This document shows, one piece after another, positions 25,965 to 34,906 of a stretch of DNA of 48,735 bases (the stretch's first letter is position 1; every line of letters begins with the position of its first letter). The DNA comes from Acidobacteriota bacterium (GTDB taxonomy: Bacteria; Acidobacteriota; Thermoanaerobaculia; UBA5066). A program made the position numbers and the translations under genes. Location of the stretch: the NCBI GenBank assembly GCA_037443065.1, contig JBBIPB010000003.1, positions 1 to 48,735 on the forward strand, written 5' to 3'. Under the pieces are notes generated by a model. That model worked only from the letters and a program-made list of their open reading frames with translations, did no database searches and had not been told where the DNA came from.

Positions 25965-26308
25965 GTGAAGGATCGTCCGGCGAGGAGATGCAGGTGGAGG
26001 TGGTCGACGCTCTGTCCCGCGCCGGCCCCGTTGTTCACGACGAGCCGGTAGTCGTTCGCGTTCTCGCCCCTCGCGATACCGGCGAGGACGAGGAAGAGAC
26101 GCGCGAGAAGCGGCGCGTCTTCGGGCGAGGCCGCGGAAAGCCGCGGGATGTGCTTCTTCGGGATGACGAGGACGTGCGTGGGGGCCGCCGGCGCCCTGTC
26201 GCGGAAGGCATAGAACTCGGCATCCTCGTAGACGGGCGCCGACGGGATCTCCCGGCGGGCGATGCGGCAGAAGAGACAGGAGGGATCCTGCGTCACGGCG
26301 TTTTGCAC
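25949..26308 (-). CDS. HIT-family (HinT-like) nucleotide hydrolase
   Basis: The N-terminal CLFCRI motif and the histidine triad HLHLHLL are present. Confidence 0.9.
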   Translation of the reverse strand: MQNAVTQDPSCLFCRIARREIPSAPVYEDAEFYAFRDRAPAAPTHVLVIPKKHIPRLSAASPEDAPLLARLFLVLAGIARGENANDYRLVVNNGAGAGQSVDHLHLHLLAGRSFTWPPG

Positions 26309-26318
26309 GAGGCGATTA

Positions 26319-27203
26319 TCACGCGGTCCGGAGCGCCGTCGCCGTACGGGGGATGCCGGCCGCGTCGAGTCTCACGGCGGCGAGCGCAAACGCGCCCGAG
26401 GCCGCGACGAGGTCGCTGACGTCCCGTGCCTGCCCGTAGCCGAATTCGAAGATGAACGGCGCGCCGGGGGCGAGGAAGGCCGGCAGCTCGCGCAGGAGGC
26501 GGCGAAGCGGGTCGAGCCCGTCCTCGCCGCCGTAGAGCGCGAGGGGCGGCTCATGCTCCGAGACTGTTTTCTCGAGGTGCGGCGCGTCCCGGACCGGAAC
26601 GTACGGGGGATTCGAAACGGCGAGCGAGAAGGGGGCGGAGGGCCTGAGGGCCGAGAGCCAGTCCGACGCGAGGAGGTGGACGCGCGGCGCGACGGCGTGG
26701 CGCCGCACGTTCTCGCGGGCGAGCGCGAGCGCCCCGGGAGAGCGGTCGAGGGCCACGATCGAGGCACCGGGCCGCACGAGCGCGAGCGTCACCGCGAGAA
26801 CACCGCTCCCGGTGCCGAGGTCGAGAATTCGCCGGGCTTCGGGTGCGGCGAGGCCGGCGACCTCCACGATTTCTTCCGTTTCGCCCCGCGGGATGAGGGC
26901 CCGCGGATCGACGTGGAACGTCCGGCCCAGGAACTCCCACTCGCCGAGGAGGTACTGGAGCGGCTCTCCGGCGGCGCGCCGCCCGACGAGCGCGCGAAGG
27001 GCGCGGGCGTCGGCCTCGGCGGCGCTCTCGCCGTGCCGGGAGAGGAACCAAGCGCGCGGGCGGCCACTCGCCCGCGCGAGCAGCTCTTCCGCCTCGAACG
27101 CGGGATGCTCCGGGGGCGGGAGACGCCGCCGGGACTCCGCGAGGAGTTCTCCCCAGGTCGGCGAGCTTTCCGACTCCGGCCTTTCCGCCGTTCGTCTCGT
27201 CAC
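26319..27203 (-). CDS. prmC: Release-factor glutamine N5-methyltransferase PrmC
   Basis: PLQYLLGEWEF.G, the SAM motif ILDLGTGSG and the catalytic NPPY (VSNPPYVP) are present. Confidence 0.9.
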   Translation of the reverse strand: MTRRTAERPESESSPTWGELLAESRRRLPPPEHPAFEAEELLARASGRPRAWFLSRHGESAAEADARALRALVGRRAAGEPLQYLLGEWEFLGRTFHVDPRALIPRGETEEIVEVAGLAAPEARRILDLGTGSGVLAVTLALVRPGASIVALDRSPGALALARENVRRHAVAPRVHLLASDWLSALRPSAPFSLAVSNPPYVPVRDAPHLEKTVSEHEPPLALYGGEDGLDPLRRLLRELPAFLAPGAPFIFEFGYGQARDVSDLVAASGAFALAAVRLDAAGIPRTATALRTA

Positions 27204-27250
27204 CTCTCGCTCCTTTCGCGGTCGTTCCGCCGGATGGCTAAGATGGCGGC

Positions 27251-28723
27251 GTGCCGTCGACCCCCATTCTGACCCGGACGTTCGCCGCGCTTGCGGGAGG
27301 CGTCTCCCGGCTCTTCCGGACTCCGGACCGGCGAGCAGTGACGAGGGCGGCGCCCGCGGTCCGCGTCGCGTTCGGTCCGGCGCTCGACGTTGCCGAGACG
27401 ATCGCCGTCTGCACCGTGGAGCGAAACGGACGGATCACCTACGGGAACTCGGGCGCGGCGAAACTGTTCGGCCGCCCGGCCCGCGAGATGGAAGGGGCGC
27501 CCGCCGCGGGGATCCTCGTCGCCGCGGACGAGGAGGAGGCGTTCCTGCAGGAGATCGAGGCGGTCTTCGCGAGTGGACGGGCGCGTCCGGGGCGGCGGAC
27601 CGCGGTGTCGGACGAGTGGGGACATCGCGTCGACGTTGCGCGGACGCTCCTGCCGGTCATCCGCTACGGAAAGACGGTCGAGGTGGCCGTCGTCTTCGTC
27701 GAGACCCGCACCGCGGGCGCGGACGAGCGACGGGCACGCCTCCTCGACGACGCGCCGATCGCCCTTCTCAGCCTCGACGGCGACGGACGGATCGAGACGG
27801 TCGGTGGACGTCTGTCGGAGTGGACGTCCCGGAGGGTCGAGATTCTGGAGGGGATGGAGGCGGCGCGCGCCGACATCTTTCCGCCGGGCCTCGGAGAAGC
27901 GCTCGACGCGCTCTCGCGCCGGGCACCGGGAGCCTCGGGGCTCCCCGCAACCGCCGAGTTCGACGAGATGCTCCTCCCGCTCGAAGGACCGCCGCGCCCC
28001 GTGCACGTCATCGCGGCGGCGCGTCCGGGCGGCGGGGCCTCCGTCGTACTCGTCGACGGCGCGTCCCGAAGGGCGCTCCTCGAGGAAGCAGCCACGGCGC
28101 GAAGCGCCCTCGTGGAGGCACGGCGGGCCGCCGCGGACGCCATCGAGTCGACGGCTCGGGAGCTTCGCGTCTCGGCCGAGAGCGTGGCCGACGCCATGCG
28201 GCGCGCGCACGACGGGCAGTCGGGACCGATCCAGAAGGCCAAGGCGGAAATCGACCTCGCGGAGACGACGCGGGAGTTCCTGCGCCGGATCGACGCCGTC
28301 CGGACTGGACGCCGCCCGTCGGCGCCCCGGGTCCTTCTCGTGGAGGACAACGACGAGAACCGCGAGCTGCTCGCCCATATGCTCCGGTCGCGCGGGGCCG
28401 GGGTCGTCGGCGTGAGTTCGGGGCGCGAGGCGCTCGAAGCCGCGTCACGCGAGCCCTTTTCGTTCGTCCTTCTCGACCTCCAGATGCCGGAGATGGACGG
28501 CTACCAGGTCCTGCGCCGGCTCCGTGCGCTCCCCGCCGGGGAAGCGCTTCCCATCGTCGCGTTGACGGCCCTCACCTCCGAGGACGTGAGGTGGCGCTGC
28601 GAGGCGGAGGGAATGAATGACTTCGTGACGAAGCCCGTGACGCTGGCGCGGATCAAGGAGCTCGTCGACCGCTGGGGAGGCGCGGCGGTCGTCCCCGGTC
28701 AGCGGCCCCAGCTCGACCGGTAG
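27251..28723 (+). CDS. PAS-PAS-(His-less DHp-like helix)-receiver protein
   Basis: The C-terminal REC domain has VLLVEDNDENRELL, LLDLQMPEMDG and FVTKP. Two PAS-like segments are present (RNGRITYGNSGAAKLFG and LSLDGDGRIETVGGRLSEW). No HATPase_c motifs are visible. Confidence 0.7.
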   Translation: MPSTPILTRTFAALAGGVSRLFRTPDRRAVTRAAPAVRVAFGPALDVAETIAVCTVERNGRITYGNSGAAKLFGRPAREMEGAPAAGILVAADEEEAFLQEIEAVFASGRARPGRRTAVSDEWGHRVDVARTLLPVIRYGKTVEVAVVFVETRTAGADERRARLLDDAPIALLSLDGDGRIETVGGRLSEWTSRRVEILEGMEAARADIFPPGLGEALDALSRRAPGASGLPATAEFDEMLLPLEGPPRPVHVIAAARPGGGASVVLVDGASRRALLEEAATARSALVEARRAAADAIESTARELRVSAESVADAMRRAHDGQSGPIQKAKAEIDLAETTREFLRRIDAVRTGRRPSAPRVLLVEDNDENRELLAHMLRSRGAGVVGVSSGREALEAASREPFSFVLLDLQMPEMDGYQVLRRLRALPAGEALPIVALTALTSEDVRWRCEAEGMNDFVTKPVTLARIKELVDRWGGAAVVPGQRPQLDR

Positions 28724-29124
28724 AGCATCAGGTAGACGACGACGCCGGTCACCGAGACGTAGAGCCAGAGCGGGAGCGTGACCCGGGCGAGGCGCCGGTG
28801 GGTCTCGAACCGACGGCGGCGCGCGAGGACGAATACGGCGACGGCGAGCGGCCCCGTTGCGGCGGCGAGGACCGTGTGCGTCAGAAGAACCGTGAAGTAG
28901 ACGGTGCGGGCCGTCCCGGTCCCCGGGAAGCGGACGCTTCCGACGGCCGCGTGGTACGCGAGGTACGACGCGAGGAAGAGGACCGAGCAGACGAAGGCGG
29001 CCGTCATTGCCCTCCGGTGGGCCTCCTTTCGTCCGGACCGGATCAGGATCCAGCCGGTGACGAGAAGGGCGGCGCTCGTGCCGTTCAGGACGGCGTTGAG
29101 CGTCGGCAGGTCGCGGAGCGTCAT
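28699..29124 (-). CDS. DUF420 membrane protein (CtaM-like)
   Basis: The start is the internal ATG at 29124, giving 141 aa with four predicted transmembrane helices. The opening LP.LNA.LN..SA.LL..G...I is typical of DUF420. The ATG overlaps the SCO gene stop (ATGA). Confidence 0.65.
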   Translation of the reverse strand: MTLRDLPTLNAVLNGTSAALLVTGWILIRSGRKEAHRRAMTAAFVCSVLFLASYLAYHAAVGSVRFPGTGTARTVYFTVLLTHTVLAAATGPLAVAVFVLARRRRFETHRRLARVTLPLWLYVSVTGVVVYLMLYRSSWGR

Positions 29125-29783
29125 GAGCGCGGAGCGCCCTCGGAGGCGAGGCGCCGGGCGTCCTGGGCGAGCGCCGCCATCGCCCCCGGCCTGTCGCTGT
29201 CGTAGTAGCCGCGGATGACGCCGGCCGTGTCGACGAGGACGAACCGGGTGGAGTGAAGGATCGGCTCGGCGGCCCCGGGCGCTGCGTCCTCGACGGCGAG
29301 CTTGAATCCCTCGCGGACGAGCCGCCGGAGGCCCGGCTTCTCGATCCGGAGAAAGCTCCACCGGGCCGGGTCGGCTCCGTGCTCGCGGGCGTAGCGGGCG
29401 AGCACCTCGGGCGTGTCGTTGTCGGGGTCGACGGTGAACGAGACGAAACGGACGCGAGGCTCGTCCCGAAGCCCCTCGGAGAGGGCCTTCATCTTCGCGG
29501 TCATCCCCGGGCAGATCCCGGTGCAGGTCGTGAAGACGAAATCGGCGACGACGACCTTTCCGCCGAGGTCGGCCCGGCGGATCGGGACGCCGCTCTCGGC
29601 CGTCGCGAGGAAATCGGGGACCTCGGAGAGGCGCGGGAGTTCCCCCTGTCCGTACCCGTGGGCCACCTTTCGAAGATTCCACGCATAGAAGAGAAGCGCG
29701 ACCGAGACGGCGAGGCCGAGGAACGCGAGTGCGAGGGGCAGGATCGGGAGGCTGCGGCTGGGCGTGGGGGCGGAGGCGGTCAT
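29121..29783 (-). CDS. SCO1/SenC-family copper chaperone
   Basis: The protein has one transmembrane helix, a thioredoxin fold with CTGICP (CxxxC) and the conserved distal His (ILHSTRFVLVD). Confidence 0.85.
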   Translation of the reverse strand: MTASAPTPSRSLPILPLALAFLGLAVSVALLFYAWNLRKVAHGYGQGELPRLSEVPDFLATAESGVPIRRADLGGKVVVADFVFTTCTGICPGMTAKMKALSEGLRDEPRVRFVSFTVDPDNDTPEVLARYAREHGADPARWSFLRIEKPGLRRLVREGFKLAVEDAAPGAAEPILHSTRFVLVDTAGVIRGYYDSDRPGAMAALAQDARRLASEGAPRS

Positions 29784-29814
29784 GCGGGAAGTCTGCGCCC
29801 CGAACGCGATCCGG

Positions 29815-31680
29815 TCACCCGGCCACGCGGTCGAAGACGAGGAGGAGCAGTACGGCGGGGAGCCAGCCGATCGAGGCGAGGAAGAGGCCGAGCGCCCGCT
29901 CGTCGGTCGCGGCGCGCGCGAAGCGGAACGAGGCGGCGAGGAAGAGAAGCGTCGCGGCGAGGGCTCCGATCGCGTAGACGTTTCCGGCCATGCCGATCGC
30001 GGAGGGCAGAAGGCTGACGGGGAGGAGGGCGAGGCACCAGAAGAGGGCGTGGCGAGACGTACGGCGGCCGGTCGGGTCGAGCGTCGGGAGGATGCGGACG
30101 CCGGCGGCGCTGTAGTCCGCGCGGTGGCGCCACCCGATCGCAAAGAAGTGGGGGAGCTGCCAGAGGAAGAGAAGGGCGAAGAGGACGAGGCCGGGAAGTG
30201 CGATGGCGCCGTGGGCCGCCGTGAACCCTCCGAGCGGCGGAAGCGCTCCGGGGACGGCGCCGACGATCGTCGAGAGAGGAGAGACCGTCTTCATCGGTGT
30301 GTAGAGGCAGACGTAGCTCACGAGCGTCGCTGCGGCGAGGAACGCCGTGAGGCCGTTGACGAAGAGGGCCAGCTCGACGACGCCGGCCGCGGAGAGAGCC
30401 GTCGCGAAGAGAAACGCTCCCGCGGGGGAAATGCGGCCGTCAGGGAGAGGGCGGCGGGCGGTCCGCCGCATCCGGCCGTCGAGGACCATCTCCGAGAGCT
30501 GGTTGAAGGCGCTCGTTCCCGAGGCGACGAGGGCCGTCCCGAGAAGTGTGTGAACGAGGAGAAGGACGTCGAGGGTTCCGAGCGTCCCGCGGGTCCCGGC
30601 CGCGAAGCCGACGAACGCGGTCAGGACGACGAAAATCGTGATGCGCGGCTTCGTCAGAGCCGCGTAGTCACCGAGCCGCGAGCGCATCGTCCTGCCGGCG
30701 TGACCTTCCGGGCGCGGCTCGGCGGACGGGCTCGAAAGAGCAGCGACGGCCGCGGTGCGGCCTCGACCCAGCGTGATCGCGAGGAGGATGCCGATCACCC
30801 AGACGAGCCCTCCGACGGCAAGGTGGGCGGCCGTGACCGGAACCGCCTTCTTCGTCCAGATCGAGAAGGTGCCGAGAGTGACCTGGAAAGCGAGCGCCGC
30901 GGCCCACCACGCCGAGAGCGACGCGGCGACCGGGAGGTGGTCCCGGAGGCGGAACGCCGCCCGGATCGCGAAGAGGACGAGAACCGTCACGACAGCGGCG
31001 CCGACGCGGTGGGCGAAGTGGATCGGGACCCCGGGGCGTGCGAACTCGGCGGCGGAGGGAACGAGCCGGCCGAAGGCGAGAGGGAAATCGGGGATCGCGA
31101 GGCCGGCGCCCGTGTGGCGCATCACGGCCCCGATGAGGATCTGGACGTACGCGGCCGCGGTCGCGGCGACGGTCCAGGAAAGCGCCCGGCCGAGGGCCGG
31201 CGTGTCGGCGGGCGAGACGCTCCCGGAGATCCGTCCCGAGGCCCAGCTGCGCGAGGTCATGAGAGCGATCGATGCCGTGAGAGCGAAGACGATCTGGGCG
31301 AGGCCCGCGTGAGCCGACGAGACGGCCGGCGGGAGGAGGAGCAGGACCGTCAGGCCGCCGAGCAGCGCCTGCGCGAGGATCGCTCCGAAGGCCATGAGGC
31401 CGAGCCTTCTCACGCTCCGGCGCGGCTCGCCCCAGAGGAGAATCGCGGCCTGGACGCCAACGAATAAGGAGACGAGGGCGGCGATCATCCGGTGGCCGTG
31501 CTCGTAGAGGATTCCGCCGACCATCGGCGGCATCAGCTTTCCGTAGGCGAGCGGCCAGTCCGGGACGGCGAGGCCCGACTCGGTCGACGTGACGAGTGCG
31601 CCCGCGATGAGCAGCAGGAAGACCGCGGTCGCGACGACCCGGGCCGAGATGCGTACGGTACGCGCGCTGATCGATTCCAT
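29815..31680 (-). CDS. ctaA-ctaB: Fused heme A synthase (CtaA/COX15) and protoheme IX farnesyltransferase (CtaB/CyoE)
   Basis: A single 621-codon ORF has no internal stop. The N-terminal half carries COX15 motifs (GLAVPDWPL, EHGHR, FAHR). The C-terminal half carries UbiA-type CtaB motifs (YAALTKPRI, NQ..E...D..M.RT..RPLP, LWQ.PHF). Confidence 0.8.
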   Translation of the reverse strand: MESISARTVRISARVVATAVFLLLIAGALVTSTESGLAVPDWPLAYGKLMPPMVGGILYEHGHRMIAALVSLFVGVQAAILLWGEPRRSVRRLGLMAFGAILAQALLGGLTVLLLLPPAVSSAHAGLAQIVFALTASIALMTSRSWASGRISGSVSPADTPALGRALSWTVAATAAAYVQILIGAVMRHTGAGLAIPDFPLAFGRLVPSAAEFARPGVPIHFAHRVGAAVVTVLVLFAIRAAFRLRDHLPVAASLSAWWAAALAFQVTLGTFSIWTKKAVPVTAAHLAVGGLVWVIGILLAITLGRGRTAAVAALSSPSAEPRPEGHAGRTMRSRLGDYAALTKPRITIFVVLTAFVGFAAGTRGTLGTLDVLLLVHTLLGTALVASGTSAFNQLSEMVLDGRMRRTARRPLPDGRISPAGAFLFATALSAAGVVELALFVNGLTAFLAAATLVSYVCLYTPMKTVSPLSTIVGAVPGALPPLGGFTAAHGAIALPGLVLFALLFLWQLPHFFAIGWRHRADYSAAGVRILPTLDPTGRRTSRHALFWCLALLPVSLLPSAIGMAGNVYAIGALAATLLFLAASFRFARAATDERALGLFLASIGWLPAVLLLLVFDRVAG

Positions 31681-31833
31681 CCCGGTCGTGCGGTCCTCGC
31701 CCCCTTCGTTCCCCCGGGCGCGCCTCCACGCGGGGAGCTTCCCGAAGAGGCGGGATCATCGTCCGGCGGCCGGAATCGGTCAAGCCGGGCTCCGGGCGCG
31801 CGGAATGCCCGATCTTCGGTGAGAATCCCGTCG

Positions 31834-32940
31834 ATGCGTATCGAGGCCGCGATTCTCCGGAGAGTCCGGATGCCGCTCAAGTTCCGGTTCAGGACCTCCT
31901 TCGGCGAGACGACGGAGAAGTCCTTCCTCCTCCTCGAGCTGAAGTCCCAGGGCCTCTCGGCATTCGGAGAGTGCGTCGCCGAGGAGGGGCCGTTCTACTC
32001 GCCGGAGACGGTCGGGACGGCGGGCCACGTCCTTTCGCGTTTCCTCCTCCCGCTCGTCGTGGGAAAGGAGATCGGAAAGCCCGAGGAGTTCGACGCGCGC
32101 TCGGCGCGGGTCCGCGGGCACCGAATGGCGAAGGCGGCCGTCGAGACGGCCCTTCGCGACCTCTTCGCGAAAGCGGCGGAAACGCCGCTCTCCCGGGCGC
32201 TCGGGGGCACCCGGACGGTGATTGAGGTCGGCGTCTCGCTCGGGATCGCGCCGACCGTCGCCGTGGCGGTCGAGAACGTCCGGAGGCACGTCGCCGAGGG
32301 GTACCGCCGGATCAAGCTGAAGATCGAGCCCGGCACGGACGTCGAGCACGTCCGAGCCGTCCGGGAGGCGTTCCCGGCGATCGTCCTGACGGTGGACGCG
32401 AACGCGGCGTACACGCTCGACGATGCCGACCACCTCGCGGCGCTCGACCCGTTCTGCCTCGACTACATCGAGCAGCCGCTGCACCACGAGGACCTCCTCG
32501 CGCACGCGGCGCTTGCCAGGAGGCTGAGGACCCCGATCTGCCTCGACGAGTCGATCCGGTCGGCCCACGACGCGAGCGCGGCGATCGCGCTCGGCGCGGG
32601 GCGCGTCATCAACGTGAAGATCGGCCGCGTCGGCGGACATGGCGAGGCGCTCCGGATCCATGAGCTGGCGACGCGGGCCGGGATCCCGCTCTGGTGCGGG
32701 GGAATGCTGGAAGCCGGCGTCGGTCGGGCCCAGAACGTCGCGATCGCGAGCCTCCCCGGTTTCTCGAAACCGGGAGACACGTCGTCCTCCTCGCGGTACT
32801 TCGAGGAGGACGTCGTCGCGCCGCCGCTCGAGGCGGTGAATGGCCTCATGCCCGTCCCGGCCGGGCCGGGCATCGGCGTCGAGGTGCGGCGGGACGTCCT
32901 CGCGCGATTCACGGAGGAGGAGACGGAGTTCGCCCCATGA
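31834..32940 (+). CDS. Enolase-superfamily enzyme, o-succinylbenzoate synthase / N-acylamino acid racemase (MenC) subgroup
   Basis: The KxK motif (RIKLKI), metal ligands in the VDAN, IEQP and LDES contexts, and a second catalytic Lys (NVKIGRVGG) are present. The start is the internal ATG of track ORF 31492..32940. Confidence 0.8.
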   Translation: MRIEAAILRRVRMPLKFRFRTSFGETTEKSFLLLELKSQGLSAFGECVAEEGPFYSPETVGTAGHVLSRFLLPLVVGKEIGKPEEFDARSARVRGHRMAKAAVETALRDLFAKAAETPLSRALGGTRTVIEVGVSLGIAPTVAVAVENVRRHVAEGYRRIKLKIEPGTDVEHVRAVREAFPAIVLTVDANAAYTLDDADHLAALDPFCLDYIEQPLHHEDLLAHAALARRLRTPICLDESIRSAHDASAAIALGAGRVINVKIGRVGGHGEALRIHELATRAGIPLWCGGMLEAGVGRAQNVAIASLPGFSKPGDTSSSSRYFEEDVVAPPLEAVNGLMPVPAGPGIGVEVRRDVLARFTEEETEFAP

Positions 32941-34082
32941 GCCCGGACCGCGTGCGGGAACTCTCGGCGCTCTTCGAAAGGCAGACGCAGCATCTTCTCG
33001 ACACCCTCGGAAGACTCGTGGAGGCGGAGAGCCCGTCGGACGATCCGCCCCGGGTCTCGGCGCTCTCTCATGCTCTCGCGGAGCGGCTCTCGACCGCGGG
33101 CGTTCCGGCCGCCTGCGTGCCGTGCCGGGGGCGCGGCGATGCCCTCCGGGCGCACACGGGCGGAGAGGGGGGAACGCTTCTCCTCGGCCATCTCGACACG
33201 GTCTGGCCGGCCGGGACGCTCGAGGAGATCCCTTTCCGGGTCGAGGGCTCGCGGGCGAAGGGGCCGGGCGTCTTCGACATGAAGGGGGGGATCGCCGTCG
33301 CCCTCGCGGTGCTCGAGGCCGTCGGCCGCGGCGAGGTCCGGCCGGGGCGGGGACTCTCGCTTCTTCTGACGCCGGACGAGGAGACGGGGAGCGCCGCCTC
33401 GCAGGAGCTTCTCGTCGCGGAGGCCCGGCGCCACGAGCGTGTCCTCGTTCTCGAGCCTGCCGGCGACGGTGGCGCCGCGAAGGTTGCGCGAAAGGGGATC
33501 GGCCAGGCCACGATCCGTTTCACCGGGCTCGCGGCGCACGCGGGCCTCGAGCCCGAGAAGGGCGCCTCGGCCCTCGCGGAGATGGCACGGTTCCTTCTCT
33601 TCGCGGAGGCCGTCGCTGACCCGGCCCTCGGGACCACGGTCGTTCCGACGCTCGCACGCGCGGGCTCGAAGGCAAACGTCGTCCCGGAGTCCGCCGAGAT
33701 CACCGTCGACTTCCGGATCTGGACCCGCTCCGAGGCGGCGCGCGTGGAAACGGCGCTCAGCGGGTACCACCCGGCGGACCCGCGTGTCCGGGTCGAGATG
33801 ACGGGAGGGTTGAATCGCCCGGCGATGGAGGAGACTGCGGCTACCAGGGTGCTCTACGAGGCGGCGTCCGGCCTCGCCCGGCGTCTCGGGTTTGCGCTTC
33901 CGGCGGTACGTGTCGGAGGCGCGTCCGACGGGAACCTGACCGCGAACGCCGGCGTCCCGACCCTCGACGGGCTGGGGCCTTCGGGGGGCGGCGCCCACGC
34001 GCGCTCCGAGCACCTTTTCGTCGAGGACCTTCCCCGGCGCGCGGCCCTTCTCGCCGCCCTCGTCGAGGAGGTGCAGGGGTGA
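32937..34082 (+). CDS. M20-family metallohydrolase (carboxypeptidase G2 / N-acyl-amino-acid deacylase-like)
   Basis: GHLDTV, GPGVFDMKGG, PDEETGS and GGAHA are M20 metal- and catalytic-site motifs. The ATG overlaps the upstream stop (ATGA). Confidence 0.8.
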   Translation: MSPDRVRELSALFERQTQHLLDTLGRLVEAESPSDDPPRVSALSHALAERLSTAGVPAACVPCRGRGDALRAHTGGEGGTLLLGHLDTVWPAGTLEEIPFRVEGSRAKGPGVFDMKGGIAVALAVLEAVGRGEVRPGRGLSLLLTPDEETGSAASQELLVAEARRHERVLVLEPAGDGGAAKVARKGIGQATIRFTGLAAHAGLEPEKGASALAEMARFLLFAEAVADPALGTTVVPTLARAGSKANVVPESAEITVDFRIWTRSEAARVETALSGYHPADPRVRVEMTGGLNRPAMEETAATRVLYEAASGLARRLGFALPAVRVGGASDGNLTANAGVPTLDGLGPSGGGAHARSEHLFVEDLPRRAALLAALVEEVQG

Positions 34083-34855
34083 GCAGCCGCGTCGTCATCC
34101 GCGAGCTGAAGTCGGCGGCCGAGTTTCACGAGACCGTCGTCGTCTCGAAGGAGGCCTGGAAGTTTTCCGACCGCGTTCTCTCTTCCTGGACGGACTTGAT
34201 CGCGGGGACGCACGCCGGTGGCATGACGGCCGGAGCCTTCGAAAACGGCCGGATGCTCGGCTTCGTCCACGGACTTCCGCGGACGAACCTTCCGGAGCCG
34301 GCCCACCATTCGCACCTTCTCGCGGTCCGCCCCGAGGCGCAGGGGCGCGGCCTCTCGGTGAAGCTCAAGCTCTTTCAGCGGCAGTGGTGCCTCGACAACG
34401 GAATCCGTCTCGCGACCTGGACGTACGATCCCTTCCTCCTCAAGAACGCCCGGCTGAACATCACCCGCCTGAGGGCCGTCGTCCGGAGCTTCCTGCCGAA
34501 CTTCTACGGGTTCATGGGGGGGATCTACGGAAACCTTCCGACCGACCGGTTCGAAGTGACCTGGCATCTCGACGATCCCGCGGCGGCCGCGGCCGCGCGC
34601 GGTGAAAGGGTCGCGGAGCCGGAGGACGCGGGGGCGGCTCCCCTCGTCCGCGGGAATACCCTCCCCGGCGCGACGCGGGTGGCGCTCCCGTTTCCGGCTG
34701 GGGCTCCCGGTATCTACCGGACCGACCATGCGGGGACGCTCCGCGCCCGCAAGCGCTTCGCCATTTCGGCGGGGGCGCTCTTTGCGGCCGGTTTCGAGGT
34801 GGACGGCGTCGCCGTGCTCGGCTCCGGCCCTGTCTACCTCCTCACGAAGCGCTGA
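34079..34855 (+). CDS. GNAT-family acyltransferase-like protein
   Basis: HLLAVRPEAQGRGLSVKLKLFQR resembles GNAT motif A (Q/RxxGxG/A). The GTG overlaps the M20 stop (GTGA). Confidence 0.55.
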   Translation: MSSRVVIRELKSAAEFHETVVVSKEAWKFSDRVLSSWTDLIAGTHAGGMTAGAFENGRMLGFVHGLPRTNLPEPAHHSHLLAVRPEAQGRGLSVKLKLFQRQWCLDNGIRLATWTYDPFLLKNARLNITRLRAVVRSFLPNFYGFMGGIYGNLPTDRFEVTWHLDDPAAAAAARGERVAEPEDAGAAPLVRGNTLPGATRVALPFPAGAPGIYRTDHAGTLRARKRFAISAGALFAAGFEVDGVAVLGSGPVYLLTKR

Positions 34856-34906
34856 GAATGCTCTGGTAGAGTCTGCGAAGGACCCAAAGACGAAGGAGGA
34901 GATTCC

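Noticed and set aside
26812-28620. 602-aa plus-strand ORF spanning prmC (antisense) and the PAS-REC gene (out of frame). ORF 27200..28378 (minus strand) is similar.
   Set aside because: The translations are low-complexity and Arg/Gly-rich. NPPY and the receiver motifs identify the true frames.
29764-31467. 567-aa plus-strand ORF antisense to ctaA-ctaB. ORF 30668..31783 (minus strand) is similar.
   Set aside because: This charged, low-complexity shadow frame lies opposite a polytopic membrane protein with clear COX15 and UbiA motifs.
29815-31680. Splitting ctaA and ctaB into two genes at the internal Met (MRSRLGDYAALTKPRI)
   Set aside because: There is no stop codon anywhere between the COX15 and CtaB halves in this frame. 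Independent initiation at the internal ATG cannot be excluded, but the upstream ORF necessarily reads through.
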